Shown: positions 1-9,138 of the stretch, in pieces | How the letters are laid out: each line of letters opens with the position of its first letter | Position numbering within the stretch: the stretch's first letter is position 1 | Source: Candidatus Niyogibacteria bacterium CG10_big_fil_rev_8_21_14_0_10_46_36 | Lineage (GTDB): Bacteria; Patescibacteriota; Minisyncoccia; 1-14-0-10-42-19 | Reading direction: 5' to 3' | Length of the DNA: 64,000 nt | NCBI GenBank assembly: GCA_002772995.1 | Contig: PFCO01000008.1 | Coordinates: 23,150 to 87,149, forward strand | The notes under the pieces: model-generated | The model's input: only the letters and a program-made list of their open reading frames with translations | What the model was told of the DNA's origin: nothing | The model's database searches: none | Made by a program: the position numbers and the translations under genes

Positions 1-2
1 CG

Positions 3-545
3 TTCATCATGCAAAATATGATAACGGAAAATAATCAGGTACGGCTTATTTTTGAAGGGCCAACTCGCGGGCTTTTGGGATACCGCGGGCAATTTGTGAT
101 TGATACAAAAGGCGAAGGTATTTTGTGTTCGCGCGTTACGGGCTTTAAGCCGTTTGCGGGGGACATAAAAAAGCGCGCAACAGGGTCTATGGTGTCTATG
201 GCGTCGGGAAAGGCGCTCGGGTTTTCGTTATGGAACTTGCAGGAGCGCGGGACCTTGTATATCGGGCACGGTGAAGAAGTATACGAAGGCATGGTCATAG
301 GCTCCACATCCAAGGGGCATGACATGGAAGTAAACCCGACAAAAGGAAAACAGCTTACCAATGTCCGCTCGTCGGGTTCGGATGAGGCAATTACACTCAC
401 GCCGCATCAGGTGCTCACAATCGAGAACGGGCTTGAAGTAATGACGGACGATGAATTTTTGGAAGTAACTCCAAAGTCCGTACGGCTCCGCAAAAGCAAA
501 CTCAAAGCAATTGACCGCGTAAAGCACCGCCGCGATGCGGAATAA
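3..545 (+). CDS. typA: Translational GTPase TypA/BipA, C-terminal fragment; gene starts upstream of the window
   Basis: Translation NQVRLIFEGPTRGLLGYRG...GTLYIGHGEEVYEGMVIG...GKQLTNVRSSGSDEAITLTPHQVL...DDEFLEVTPKSVRLRK matches the conserved C-terminal domain of BipA/TypA. Recognition is from memory of the family, not from a search. Confidence 0.8.
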   Translation, partial: FIMQNMITENNQVRLIFEGPTRGLLGYRGQFVIDTKGEGILCSRVTGFKPFAGDIKKRATGSMVSMASGKALGFSLWNLQERGTLYIGHGEEVYEGMVIGSTSKGHDMEVNPTKGKQLTNVRSSGSDEAITLTPHQVLTIENGLEVMTDDEFLEVTPKSVRLRKSKLKAIDRVKHRRDAE

Positions 546-617
546 CAATCTGCGCGCTTGACTGTAAAAAATACGTATTTATAGTAATCTCGCAGGAGAA
601 AAAAAGGAGGGTTTAAT

Positions 618-890
618 ATGTTGATGAAAAGTGTACTGAGATGGTCTGGGCTTGGTGCGTGGGGGCTTGTGCTTTTCTTGATAAGCGCTATTAGTGTTTC
701 AGTAACATTGCTTGGCATTGCAGGTTTCTTGTTCTTTATAATTGGCATGATCTTGTGGAATTCCTCCGCCACTCTAACAGGTTTAGCATGGATACTATTT
801 TTTTCTGCGGTTTTTCTTTTTGGTGGAGGGGTGATTTTAATTGCCCTGACTGACGAATGGAAATCGTTCAAAGAAGAAATTTTTGGATAA
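618..890 (+). CDS. Small membrane protein, hypothetical (90 aa, 3 predicted TM helices)
   Basis: AGGAGG-type ribosome-binding site (aaaaaggaggg) a few nt upstream of ATG 618; hydrophobic translation. Confidence 0.5.
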   Translation: MLMKSVLRWSGLGAWGLVLFLISAISVSVTLLGIAGFLFFIIGMILWNSSATLTGLAWILFFSAVFLFGGGVILIALTDEWKSFKEEIFG

Positions 891-953
891 TTCAAAAAGC
901 GGAATAGCGTATACACGCATTCCGCTTTTATTTTTTAATAGTATAATGAAAGT

Positions 954-1376
954 ATGAGCTGGGTCATCTATGCAATTTTGTCGGCATTCTTTGCGTCATT
1001 GGTCGCTATCTTTGGAAAGATAGGCGTGCGGGGGATAGATAGCAACCTTATGGTCGCGATACGCACGGTCATTATTGTTGCGTTTGCGTGGGGTATTGTC
1101 TTTGTGCAGGGAAACGCGGCTGATATTTTTAAGATACCAAAATACACTTATACCTTCATCATTCTTTCGGCGATTGCAACCGGACTTTCGTGGCTTTTTT
1201 ATTACAAGGCGCTTCAATTGGGAGAAGCGTCGCGCGTTGCTCCTATTGACAAATTAAGTGTTGCGCTTACTATTATTTTGGCATTCGTTTTTTTGAGCGA
1301 AAAGCCAACGCTCGGCAATGTTTTAGGCGGTTCGCTCGTTGCGGCAGGAGTATTGGTGACAACGCTTATTAAATAA
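954..1376 (+). CDS. Small EamA/DMT-superfamily-like 4-TM transporter
   Basis: 140 aa, four hydrophobic helices. Motif pattern (GKIGVRGIDSNLMVAIRT...LSEKPTLGNVLGGSLVAAGV) resembles a single EamA domain. Confidence 0.55.
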   Translation: MSWVIYAILSAFFASLVAIFGKIGVRGIDSNLMVAIRTVIIVAFAWGIVFVQGNAADIFKIPKYTYTFIILSAIATGLSWLFYYKALQLGEASRVAPIDKLSVALTIILAFVFLSEKPTLGNVLGGSLVAAGVLVTTLIK

Positions 1377-1404
1377 ATTATTATTAGCACTATTTTAACA
1401 GGGT

Positions 1405-1590
1405 ATGAAAATATTTAAAAAACACACATTTGAATGGTGGGAGGTGAGCTTTTTAAAGATTGGGCTTGGGTCTCTCGGTGTTCTTTTGGGTCTGTATTTC
1501 CGGGAAGCGCTCATGAGTGTTATGTGGCTCTGGTGGGCGATTCTGATTGTCACTGTCTTTTATTTTGGCGGGCGCATGCTAAAGGAATAA
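1405..1590 (+). CDS. Hypothetical small membrane protein (61 aa)
   Basis: ORF with two hydrophobic segments in an intergenic gap; no ribosome-binding site identified. Confidence 0.3.
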   Translation: MKIFKKHTFEWWEVSFLKIGLGSLGVLLGLYFREALMSVMWLWWAILIVTVFYFGGRMLKE

Positions 1591-1668
1591 CAGCTCTCGT
1601 ATACTACCCCCGGTGCATCCGGGGATTTTTTATTTGCGTTATTTGTCACATGCGGCATAATAGATTTT

Positions 1669-3141
1669 ATGAAAAAAATACTCATTATCGCGGTTATTAT
1701 TGTGGGCGCTGCCGGGCTTTTCTTTTGGAAGGGTCCGTCTCCAAAAGCGGGATACACCGCGCTTGCCCCTGACACTATTGGCGGGGAAGGCGTGCTCTAT
1801 ACCTACACTATAAAAGGAGAATCAAACGGAGGCGGGGCGCTTTCGTTGTCGTTTACTGACGACGGCAATTATTCATTAATCAATATTGCGCTTGACCTGA
1901 ATGACAGCGGTGCATACGAGGATGACGAGTGGGTAGCTGAAAACCAGATTAGTTATGTCCAGAGAGGTACGGACAACAATTTTGCGGTAGACTTGCCCGA
2001 AGGAGAGCTGCCAAGCACTATTACAGGTATTGCAGCATTTTCGGCGGAACCCATGACAGAAGGCTGGTGGGACGGCGAGAATACGCGTACGATAACTATT
2101 ACTACGGAATCATTTGAATTGAATGATATTTTGGGACTTGATGTCCCGGGCAATGGTCCGGGAGTGTACAGAGGGTATGCCGACGGTTTTTCGGCGCGCA
2201 TGCCTGTCGCGTATGCCCAAACCTTTCCCACGGTGAATGTAGACAGCCAGCTGAATATCGGCGATTTGCGCCAATCAAATATGGAATGCGCGCCGACATC
2301 CATTACGAACAACCTTACCGGGCTTGCGGGCGCGAACGGCAGGAACGATTTGCCTTCAGCAGAGACCATGGTAGACCAGCTCAAATCGGATCTCAAATTT
2401 GGCGATGAAGGCGTTGCGGGTGTTTTGGATAAAAATTACATTGCAGGCAAAAACGCGTTTATGCGAAGATATAATCTTCCTATTGTTACGACCGAAATAT
2501 CAAACCCGTCTATTGAAGATATAGCAAACGCGATACAAAGCGGCGCTGTTGTAGAAATGGATCTTGCGTTTATCGAAGTAACTCCACAAGGGAACAATCA
2601 TGTCGCAAGCCATGTCGTAACGCTTACTGGCGTATCTTCAAACGGCTCGAGTGCTACGCTTCGCGGGCGCGATTCAGCTACACCTACCGGGAACGAGTCA
2701 TGGCAGTTTTTCCCCAAGCGCGCCGGCCAACCGTCTTCTCAAATGCACTACCCCATGTGGAGGAAGGGCGCCACAGTTATAAATAAAATATACATACAGC
2801 GGTATGTATCAGTTGATGATGCGGTTGCGGCAGGTGTGTTGCCGCAGGGCGTTGTGGGGAGCACCTACCCGGTAGACATGCTTGTTATTGGCGGGAAATA
2901 TTATCCCAAAGACCAGTTTACGGTTGGCAACAACCCAGAGGACGCATGCGGAGCGCCGCACTATCACAAACACACAACCGCGTACGGCTTGCAGTCAAAA
3001 ACAAGCATTGCGATAGTGCAGGCAAATGATCCCAATCCAAACTCCTGCGGATTCGGTAAAGTATCTGATGTACCCACCGAAACCGTCCGCTTAACATGGG
3101 AGCAGCAGCAGGCGATTGCCGGCGCTCTTTTAACACCCTAG
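1669..3141 (+). CDS. Hypothetical secreted or membrane-anchored protein (490 aa)
   Basis: N-terminal hydrophobic anchor MKKILIIAVIIVGAAGLFFW. Long ORF with no overlapping alternative; no domain I recognise. Confidence 0.7.
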   Translation: MKKILIIAVIIVGAAGLFFWKGPSPKAGYTALAPDTIGGEGVLYTYTIKGESNGGGALSLSFTDDGNYSLINIALDLNDSGAYEDDEWVAENQISYVQRGTDNNFAVDLPEGELPSTITGIAAFSAEPMTEGWWDGENTRTITITTESFELNDILGLDVPGNGPGVYRGYADGFSARMPVAYAQTFPTVNVDSQLNIGDLRQSNMECAPTSITNNLTGLAGANGRNDLPSAETMVDQLKSDLKFGDEGVAGVLDKNYIAGKNAFMRRYNLPIVTTEISNPSIEDIANAIQSGAVVEMDLAFIEVTPQGNNHVASHVVTLTGVSSNGSSATLRGRDSATPTGNESWQFFPKRAGQPSSQMHYPMWRKGATVINKIYIQRYVSVDDAVAAGVLPQGVVGSTYPVDMLVIGGKYYPKDQFTVGNNPEDACGAPHYHKHTTAYGLQSKTSIAIVQANDPNPNSCGFGKVSDVPTETVRLTWEQQQAIAGALLTP

Positions 3142-3169
3142 CTGCTCACTTGTTTGAGGAAGAATACTT

Positions 3170-3502
3170 ATGTTTAATAGAAGCATGAAAAAACCTACAC
3201 TTATTGCGCACGCATTTTTGCATGCAATTGCGGGCACTCTATATATTGCTGCTGTCGCAACATTTATGAGCCGTGTCGGGCAAATTCTCGGACCGGATAA
3301 GCCGGGTGAGATTTTGGGTCCGGTGGTATTTCTTCTCATGTTTGTGATTTCGGCGGCAATCATGGGTTCTATTGTATTGCTGCGTCCTATCATCTGGTAT
3401 TTAGATGGCAAGAAAAAAGAAGCATTAGGGTTCTTATTATATACCGTTGCATTTTTGATACTTATTGCTCTTACTGCAGTTGCATTAATCGCAATATTTT
3501 AA
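3170..3502 (+). CDS. Hypothetical membrane protein (110 aa)
   Basis: Three hydrophobic helices; ORF follows the upstream gene closely. Confidence 0.5.
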   Translation: MFNRSMKKPTLIAHAFLHAIAGTLYIAAVATFMSRVGQILGPDKPGEILGPVVFLLMFVISAAIMGSIVLLRPIIWYLDGKKKEALGFLLYTVAFLILIALTAVALIAIF

Positions 3503-3570
3503 ATGTATCTTGCAGTGTAAAAAATCCGCCTACACAGAGGCGGATTTTTGCGTTATCATAGAAGGCGATC

Positions 3571-3930
3571 ATGACATCAAAAACAGTTCTTATATTGCAT
3601 AGTATTGTATTCGGCTCGTTTGTGCTGTTTTCGTTAAGTTCGCCCATTTTTGCAGTATGGTATTCGGAATTTTTTTCTTCTTATTTTTTCCCGGCAGCGA
3701 TAGTTCTGACGCCAGTCGTGTTCGGGTTGTGGTATATGTTTCGGGGATGCCCGTTTACCGTATGGGAAAATTATTTTCGTAAGCGCGAGCGCAAACTGCT
3801 CATAGCAAAGAATTCGTGTATTTATCACTATGCGCTTGAGTGGTTCAATGTCCGGATTCCGCTACGGCTCATCCAGCCCGTGCTTGTTTTGCTTTTTATC
3901 ATTCCCATATTTGTGGGGCTTGTGGTATAA
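3571..3930 (+). CDS. Small membrane protein with a G-C-P-[FL]-T motif (possibly DUF2784-like)
   Basis: 119 aa, 3-4 TM segments. The GCPFTVWENYFRKRE motif is reminiscent of the CPLT..E.LR motif of DUF2784; that assignment is from memory and uncertain. Confidence 0.5.
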   Translation: MTSKTVLILHSIVFGSFVLFSLSSPIFAVWYSEFFSSYFFPAAIVLTPVVFGLWYMFRGCPFTVWENYFRKRERKLLIAKNSCIYHYALEWFNVRIPLRLIQPVLVLLFIIPIFVGLVV

Positions 3931-3939
3931 CATAATAGT

Positions 3940-4332
3940 ATGAAAGGATTTATCACCAACATAGAAAAGTTAACGCTTGAGAACACCGATTACCGGCGTG
4001 TCTTGTATACTGCGAAAAACAGCCAGCTGGTGCTTATGAGCCTCAAGCCCGGGGAAGAGATAGGCGAAGAGATACACGAGGAGCATGACCAGTTCATTCG
4101 TTTTGAAAGCGGGACGGCAAAAGTTATTTTGAACAAGACCGAAGAGCATGAAGTGGCGGGGGACGATGCGGTCGTTGTTCCTGCGGGCATGTGGCACAAT
4201 GTCATAAACACTGGAGACGAAGATCTCAAGCTCTACACTATCTATTCACCGCCCGAGCACAAAGACGGCACGCTCCAGCCGACAAAGGCGGACGAAAAAG
4301 AGGAGCATTTTGACGGACAGACGACCGAATAA
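3940..4332 (+). CDS. Cupin-domain protein (cupin_2 conserved barrel)
   Basis: The G-(X)5-H-X-H-(X)3-E...G-(X)5-P-X-G-(X)2-H-(X)3-N pattern (PGEEIGEEIHEEHDQ...VVVPAGMWHNVINTGDEDL) is a typical cupin. Terminator immediately downstream. Confidence 0.8.
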   Translation: MKGFITNIEKLTLENTDYRRVLYTAKNSQLVLMSLKPGEEIGEEIHEEHDQFIRFESGTAKVILNKTEEHEVAGDDAVVVPAGMWHNVINTGDEDLKLYTIYSPPEHKDGTLQPTKADEKEEHFDGQTTE

Positions 4333-4365
4333 ACGGCTCATACGGGGTGTGAGCCGTTTATTTTT
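4327..4365. terminator. Rho-independent bidirectional terminator: 12-bp stem AAACGGCTCATA/TGTGAGCCGTTT, then T-run, preceded by A-run
   Basis: Seen in sequence. Hairpin at 4331-4359 followed by TTTTTGG, preceded by AATAA. A near-identical element occurs at 56080-56114. Confidence 0.8.
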
Positions 4366-4383
4366 GGTATTATAATAAGAACA

Positions 4384-4746
4384 ATGAAAATGCTTACCTG
4401 GACATCGCGGATGCTCGGATTATTTTTTATCGCTTTTGTGAGCGTATTTGCGCTTGATGTATTCGGGCAAGGATATGGCAAGGGCGAATTATTGCTCGCG
4501 CTTTTTGTGCATCTTATTCCGTCGTTCCTGCTTGTCGCGGCGCTTGTTGTTTCATGGCGCAAGCCAGATGTGGGCGGCGCATTTTTTATCGCGCTCGGGG
4601 TGGTTTCTGTTTTCTTTTTTCATACATACAGAGATTTTTTCAGTTTCGGCTTGATTACTCTCCCCGCGCTCATTATCGGTGCTTTGTTTTTATTGCAGTG
4701 CGGGCAGTCGGGGATGACGCTCTTTTTGCAGCATAAGAAAAAATGA
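4384..4746 (+). CDS. Hypothetical membrane protein (120 aa, 4 TM)
   Basis: Hydrophobic ORF. Its end overlaps the start of the TauE gene by 4 nt (ATGA), suggesting translational coupling. Confidence 0.55.
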   Translation: MKMLTWTSRMLGLFFIAFVSVFALDVFGQGYGKGELLLALFVHLIPSFLLVAALVVSWRKPDVGGAFFIALGVVSVFFFHTYRDFFSFGLITLPALIIGALFLLQCGQSGMTLFLQHKKK

Positions 4747-5462
4747 CAGAGATTTCTCTCGTTATCTTTTTAGCAAGCGCGCTTGTAGCCGAGGCCGTGG
4801 GGACAATCGCGGGATTTGGTTCGGGGCTTATGCTTACGCCGATCGCGGCATTCTTCTTTGATATTAAAACGACCATTGCCATCGTAGGCCTTTTTCATTT
4901 TATCGGACAGTTTGTGGACGGTATTATCTGGTGGCGGTATATAAATTGGCGGATAGGGTTATTGTTTTCTGTCGGAGGGATATTATTTTCCTTTGTGGGA
5001 GCCTATCTTATTGCCTATATTCCGGGGCGTGGCCTTGAGATATTGCTCGGCGTTTTTTTAATAGCGTATGCAATTCTCTCGCTTATCGGGAAGGAGGCGC
5101 GCTTACCCCGCTCGGATGGCGCTATAGTAATTACGGGGGGCGTCGTCGGGTTTGTCGCGGGAGTTATCGGTACTGCGGGCGCAATACGGACCGCGGCATT
5201 ATCATCACTTCATTTAAAAAAAGAATATTTTTTAGGGACATCTTTTGCGATAGCGTTTTTCGTGGATATCACGCGTATAGGGGTGTATTTTAAAACAGGT
5301 CTGTTGGAAGTTAATTTCTTTTTATGGGGAGCTGTGCTTGTTGTCGCGGTGCTCGGGAGTTTCGCGGGGAAAGCGCTTGTGTCGCGGATTCCCGCGCCAT
5401 TGTTCAATAAAATTATTTATAGTATTTTGCTTCTTGCCGGCATCCGGTTTTTGTTTTTGTAA
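4743..5462 (+). CDS. Sulfite exporter TauE/SafE family permease
   Basis: 239 aa, about 7-8 TM segments. The repeated G-x-G-x-G-G-L motifs (GTIAGFGSGLMLTPIAAFFF...) are typical of TauE/SafE (DUF81). Confidence 0.8.
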   Translation: MTEISLVIFLASALVAEAVGTIAGFGSGLMLTPIAAFFFDIKTTIAIVGLFHFIGQFVDGIIWWRYINWRIGLLFSVGGILFSFVGAYLIAYIPGRGLEILLGVFLIAYAILSLIGKEARLPRSDGAIVITGGVVGFVAGVIGTAGAIRTAALSSLHLKKEYFLGTSFAIAFFVDITRIGVYFKTGLLEVNFFLWGAVLVVAVLGSFAGKALVSRIPAPLFNKIIYSILLLAGIRFLFL

Positions 5463-5473
5463 AAACGAAATAG

Positions 5474-5500
5474 AAAAAACCCCGCATATGCGGGGTTTTT
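5474..5500. terminator. Rho-independent terminator (CCCCGC-atat-GCGGGG, then TTTTT), bidirectional with an upstream A-run
   Basis: Seen in sequence at 5480-5500. Confidence 0.85.
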
Positions 5501-5512
5501 ATCGTAAAATAA

Positions 5513-5752
5513 TTAGAATGCCTTTTCTGCGTATTTTCCGATGAGGGGCAGGGGGCGGTTGATGTGCTTTACCGCAGAATATGTCCACACTACAAGTTCA
5601 AATATGAGGAACGCGCGGATAGCCCACAGCAAGAGAGGCTGGAGAGAATAGAATCCCCAATACCCCACGAGCGACAATACGCCCTGGAGGGCGAGTGCCG
5701 TTACTACAAGGCCGATAAGCTGTTTTTTCGCGTGCACTGAATGATGGAACAT
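5513..5752 (-). CDS. Hypothetical small 2-TM membrane protein; the ORF could extend to 5848
   Basis: Minus-strand ORF convergent on the TauE terminator. From internal Met 5752 the product is a 79-aa two-helix peptide. Weak support. Confidence 0.3.
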   Translation of the reverse strand: MFHHSVHAKKQLIGLVVTALALQGVLSLVGYWGFYSLQPLLLWAIRAFLIFELVVWTYSAVKHINRPLPLIGKYAEKAF

Positions 5753-5874
5753 GATTGATATGCAGGCGGAATCAATAATAAACGACGGATGCCCGTCCGC
5801 CGGCGGGCATGTGTGTATAAAAACAGCATACCGTATTTTCTTTAGCATTCATAGATTTGATATACTGAACATAT

Positions 5875-6102
5875 ATGTATACATTTTTAAGTTCGGGGGC
5901 AGTTGCCGACTGCCTCAAGACGGTGGGGGACGCGGCGCTTTGCAGCACGCTCCATACCGCGTATCCGCCCTTGTGGTGGGTATCAACCACATTCGGTACT
6001 ATCGTATTTAGCCTATTCTTTCTTACCTGGGCGCTGGTACTCGTAAATCTTGGCTTACTTATGTTCTTTTTGGTGCATAAGCTCTTCGGGAAAAAGAAAT
6101 AA
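5875..6102 (+). CDS. Hypothetical small membrane protein (75 aa)
   Basis: ORF ending 46 nt before the arginine kinase gene. TTGATA box 14 nt upstream of ATG; C-terminal TM helix. Weak support. Confidence 0.3.
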   Translation: MYTFLSSGAVADCLKTVGDAALCSTLHTAYPPLWWVSTTFGTIVFSLFFLTWALVLVNLGLLMFFLVHKLFGKKK

Positions 6103-6225
6103 ACGCGACAATATATATAAATAGGAGGTTTTATAAGACCTTATTTTTTGTTTTTGTCAAGGTTACCATGTGAGCATATTTGGGTATACTGCGTTATAGA
6201 TTTAGTTCACATAAAAGGAGGCTAT

Positions 6226-7269
6226 ATGACACACCAAGACATCCTTTCCGCGTTACGCGGCAGTTCGTCTCTTCTTGCAAAGCATTTAGAGCCGGAATTA
6301 TTAGATTCACTGGAAGGCGCACGCACAAGCCGTGGTTTTGCGATTGCTGATGTTATCCGTTCCGGGGTTGAAAACACCGATAGCGGAGTGGGGGTATACA
6401 TCCCTGACGAAGAATCCCTTGAGACCTTTGGTCCATTTTTAAAAAAGATAATTACGGCATACCATGGGTTTGGCGAGGGCGATTCGCATAGACGTGATTT
6501 TGCGGTTGCCGAAGATGAACTAAAAGATTTGGATCCGACGGGCGAGTTTATTATTTCTACGCGGGTTCGTGTCGGGCGGAATCTCAAAGGGTATCCCTTT
6601 GCGCCGGGCATCACTCAGGAAGAGCGGAAAGAGGTTGAACAAAAGATAGTCTCAGCACTCGGTACATTAACGGATGATCTTGCGGGCATGTATTATCCGC
6701 TTGCGGGGATGAAAGAAGATATACGCGCGCAGTTAGTCGCCGACCACTTTTTATTCAAGCAGGGCGACCGCTTTTTGGAGAGTGCCGGTGCAAACCGCGA
6801 CTGGCCTGATGCTCGGGGTATTTTTCATTCCGCAGACAAGAAGTTCTTGGTATGGGTGAACGAAGAAGACCAGCTGCGCATCATCTCTATGGAACAGGGC
6901 GGCAATCTTCACTCGGTGTACAACCGCTTGGTGCGCGCATTCACGGCGCTCGAGAAGAAGCTGGACTTTGCCTATTCCGAGAGATACGGATTCCTTTCAA
7001 GCTGTCCTACGAATTTAGGAACCGCAATGCGTGCAAGCGTGCATATTAAGCTTGCGGGGCTTGAGAAAAGCGGAAAGCTCAAAGAAGCATGCGATGCGCT
7101 TAAGCTTTCGGTGCGCGGGATACACGGAGAACATTCCGAAAGTGCAGGCGGCGTATATGATATTTCAAACAAGCAGCGGCTCGGCATTTCGGAAGCAGAC
7201 ATCATCCGGGTGCTTGCGAACGGCGTTCGTAATCTTATAGCGCTTGAGAAAAGCCACCTGAAAAAATAG
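6226..7269 (+). CDS. Arginine kinase (ATP:guanidino phosphotransferase), eukaryote-type, with N-terminal specificity domain
   Basis: Ribosome-binding site aaaaggagg 5 nt upstream of ATG 6226. Translation carries the phosphagen-kinase signature CPTNLGT, FLVWVNEEDQLRIISME, STRVRVGRNLKGYPF, and an N-terminal SGVENTDSGVGVY substrate-specificity loop. McsB-type protein-arginine kinases lack this N-terminal domain. Confidence 0.9.
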   Translation: MTHQDILSALRGSSSLLAKHLEPELLDSLEGARTSRGFAIADVIRSGVENTDSGVGVYIPDEESLETFGPFLKKIITAYHGFGEGDSHRRDFAVAEDELKDLDPTGEFIISTRVRVGRNLKGYPFAPGITQEERKEVEQKIVSALGTLTDDLAGMYYPLAGMKEDIRAQLVADHFLFKQGDRFLESAGANRDWPDARGIFHSADKKFLVWVNEEDQLRIISMEQGGNLHSVYNRLVRAFTALEKKLDFAYSERYGFLSSCPTNLGTAMRASVHIKLAGLEKSGKLKEACDALKLSVRGIHGEHSESAGGVYDISNKQRLGISEADIIRVLANGVRNLIALEKSHLKK

Positions 7270-7346
7270 CTATTCTATCTGTGCATAAACCGGGCATCCG
7301 CCCGGTTTTGTTTTTATATGTGGTGCTGTATGATGGGTATGCTTAT

Positions 7347-7694
7347 ATGTTCAGCCAATTGATTGCACAGATACACGCGGGTATCACCCCTGATGTTATG
7401 GGATGGTTTGTTACCGCAATCACCATTACATACTCTGTTATTGGTCTTCCTGCGCAAATCTATAAAAATTGGAAGCGCAAATCACTCGAAGGATTTTCAA
7501 ACATATTGTGCGTGTTGGTGTTTTTTACATTTTGGGGGTGGTTTTTGTACGGCATTATTCAGAGTGATAACTATATTATTATTGCAAACGCTCCGGGTGC
7601 CGTTGCGGTAACCGTTTTATTGTTCCAGATGTTTTTATACCGGAAAAATCCGGTACGGATTTCTGCAGGCACGTCTGCAAAAAATACTCTATGA
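7347..7694 (+). CDS. SemiSWEET/PQ-loop family 3-TM sugar transporter-like protein
   Basis: About 115 aa with three TM helices. LPAQIYKNWKRKSLEGFS matches the PQ-loop motif of bacterial SemiSWEETs. Start chosen at in-frame ATG 7347; the upstream in-frame part of the track ORF is not hydrophobic. Confidence 0.6.
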   Translation: MFSQLIAQIHAGITPDVMGWFVTAITITYSVIGLPAQIYKNWKRKSLEGFSNILCVLVFFTFWGWFLYGIIQSDNYIIIANAPGAVAVTVLLFQMFLYRKNPVRISAGTSAKNTL

Positions 7695-7849
7695 AAAACT
7701 ACGCAAAGACCGGCGGGAAAAAAGGAATGCCCGCGTATCGCACACCTTCGGCGTTCCGGTATAAAAAACATGTGGCAATAGTTACCCTAAAAACAAACCG
7801 TACTAAGAAAAAGCCGTATAAAAAATAAAAGAGCGGCTCATCCGTTCTT

Positions 7850-8479
7850 TTATTTTTTTTCGGGTTCCTTCCATTCAGTCATTTTTATTACTTCTCGCTC
7901 CATGGAATCCGCAAGGCGCAGTGATTTTTCTATCTTTGGATGGAAGAGGGGGGTGTGAGGTATGTAATCTAATTTTTCAACGAGATCCCAGGCATCTTTA
8001 TCGGTAACGACCCAATCCGGACTGTATGTTGCGAGATTAAAAGGCCGTGAGTAACTCCTTAGTGTTTTGGTCCCGTCTTCTACATAATATTCATTGAAGT
8101 AGGAAAGCATGAGTTCGCGCAGGGACCGGTATATCGGATCGCGGTAGCGAAGTATCACATGGTTTGTTTTGCTGAGCGCTCCCCATCGGTTATGGCGCTT
8201 AAATACGGTAACGACATGATTGTCGTCTTCGTCTATGGTGTTGAGATCTACGATGAGGGGCTTTTCGCCGTGATACCAAAGAATGGCTGCGGCGAGCATT
8301 GCCCCTTCCATGCAATGGGCTTCTTTGTGGCGCAGCGTGTAGAGCGGAGAGCGATATGTTTCTCCTCCTAATTCAAAATTAATAGGAAGCGTATCTAGAA
8401 AGTCTTGTATCTTATGAGGAGAATTTAATGTCTTAAAAATTTTAAATTCTTTGTGTTGAAAATAAGGAAATGGTTTCAC
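7850..8479 (-). CDS. Hypothetical protein (209 aa); probable GTG start
   Basis: Long minus-strand ORF. The start codon at 8477-8479 is GTG on the coding strand and there is no in-frame ATG for 56 codons. Contains HCMEGAMLAA...H...D, which could be a Cys-His-Asp catalytic arrangement; this is unverified. Confidence 0.55.
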   Translation of the reverse strand: MKPFPYFQHKEFKIFKTLNSPHKIQDFLDTLPINFELGGETYRSPLYTLRHKEAHCMEGAMLAAAILWYHGEKPLIVDLNTIDEDDNHVVTVFKRHNRWGALSKTNHVILRYRDPIYRSLRELMLSYFNEYYVEDGTKTLRSYSRPFNLATYSPDWVVTDKDAWDLVEKLDYIPHTPLFHPKIEKSLRLADSMEREVIKMTEWKEPEKK

Positions 8480-8527
8480 ATATATAGTGTATCAATATTT
8501 TTTTATACAGAATAGAATATATATTGT

Positions 8528-9058
8528 ATGGGATTCGATCTTACGCTATTCAATGCGTTGCATGCATATGCCGGGCAATCCCGGATTGCTGACTGGATAA
8601 TCATTTTTTTTGCGGAATATGCCCAATATCCCGTTATAGTTGCATTTTTTATACTATTATATGTGTCGCACTATTCGCGGCAGAGAAAAATACAGCTATT
8701 GTGGGTTTCGTTCGCATCTGTTTTTCTTTCACGGGCTATTATTACTGAAATAATCCGGTTGTTCTATCATCGGGAGCGTCCACTTTTTGATATGAATGTT
8801 CATGCGCTTTTCTCTGAGTATTCCTGGTCGTTTCCCTCGGGGCACGCGGCTTTCTTTTTTGCGTTTGCGGCGGCAATATACTTTTACAACAAGGCCTGGG
8901 GCGTGTGGTTTTTCGTTGCGGCATTGCTTATCTCTATGAGCCGGGTTGTCGGGGGCGTCCACTACCCGGTGGATGTGTTAGGAGGAGCGGTTGTCGGTAT
9001 TGTGTCCGCTTCTGTTGTTTTCTTTGTTATAAAAAAGGTGTCGGGGGAGAAGCGTTGA
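8528..9058 (+). CDS. PAP2-family phosphatase (membrane phosphatidic acid phosphatase-like)
   Basis: PSGHAAFFFA ... SRVVGGVHYPVDVLGG are the canonical PAP2 motifs II and III; multiple TM helices. Confidence 0.8.
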   Translation: MGFDLTLFNALHAYAGQSRIADWIIIFFAEYAQYPVIVAFFILLYVSHYSRQRKIQLLWVSFASVFLSRAIITEIIRLFYHRERPLFDMNVHALFSEYSWSFPSGHAAFFFAFAAAIYFYNKAWGVWFFVAALLISMSRVVGGVHYPVDVLGGAVVGIVSASVVFFVIKKVSGEKR

Positions 9059-9138
9059 CCGGCATAGGGATTGACATATATATGTTTTTTATCTATAATT
9101 TTAAAAATTCAGCATGTTGAAAATAGGAGGTATTGAGC

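Noticed and set aside
35-548. Antisense ORFs inside typA (35..400 -, 228..548 -), plus many similar antisense or offset ORFs in the track nested inside confidently assigned genes (for example 1953..2396 -, 6222..6614 -, 24748..25176 -, 38684..39280 -, 53268..54143 -, 62446..63048 +)
   Set aside because: Each lies entirely within a longer gene whose translation shows clear family motifs on the other strand or frame. None has a recognisable domain, ribosome-binding site or independent terminator. They are treated as shadow ORFs.
5751-6011. 86-aa ORF between the TauE and arginine kinase genes
   Set aside because: Overlaps both alternative small ORFs (5513..5848 - and 5875..6102 +), contains no hydrophobic or recognisable features, and has no ribosome-binding site.
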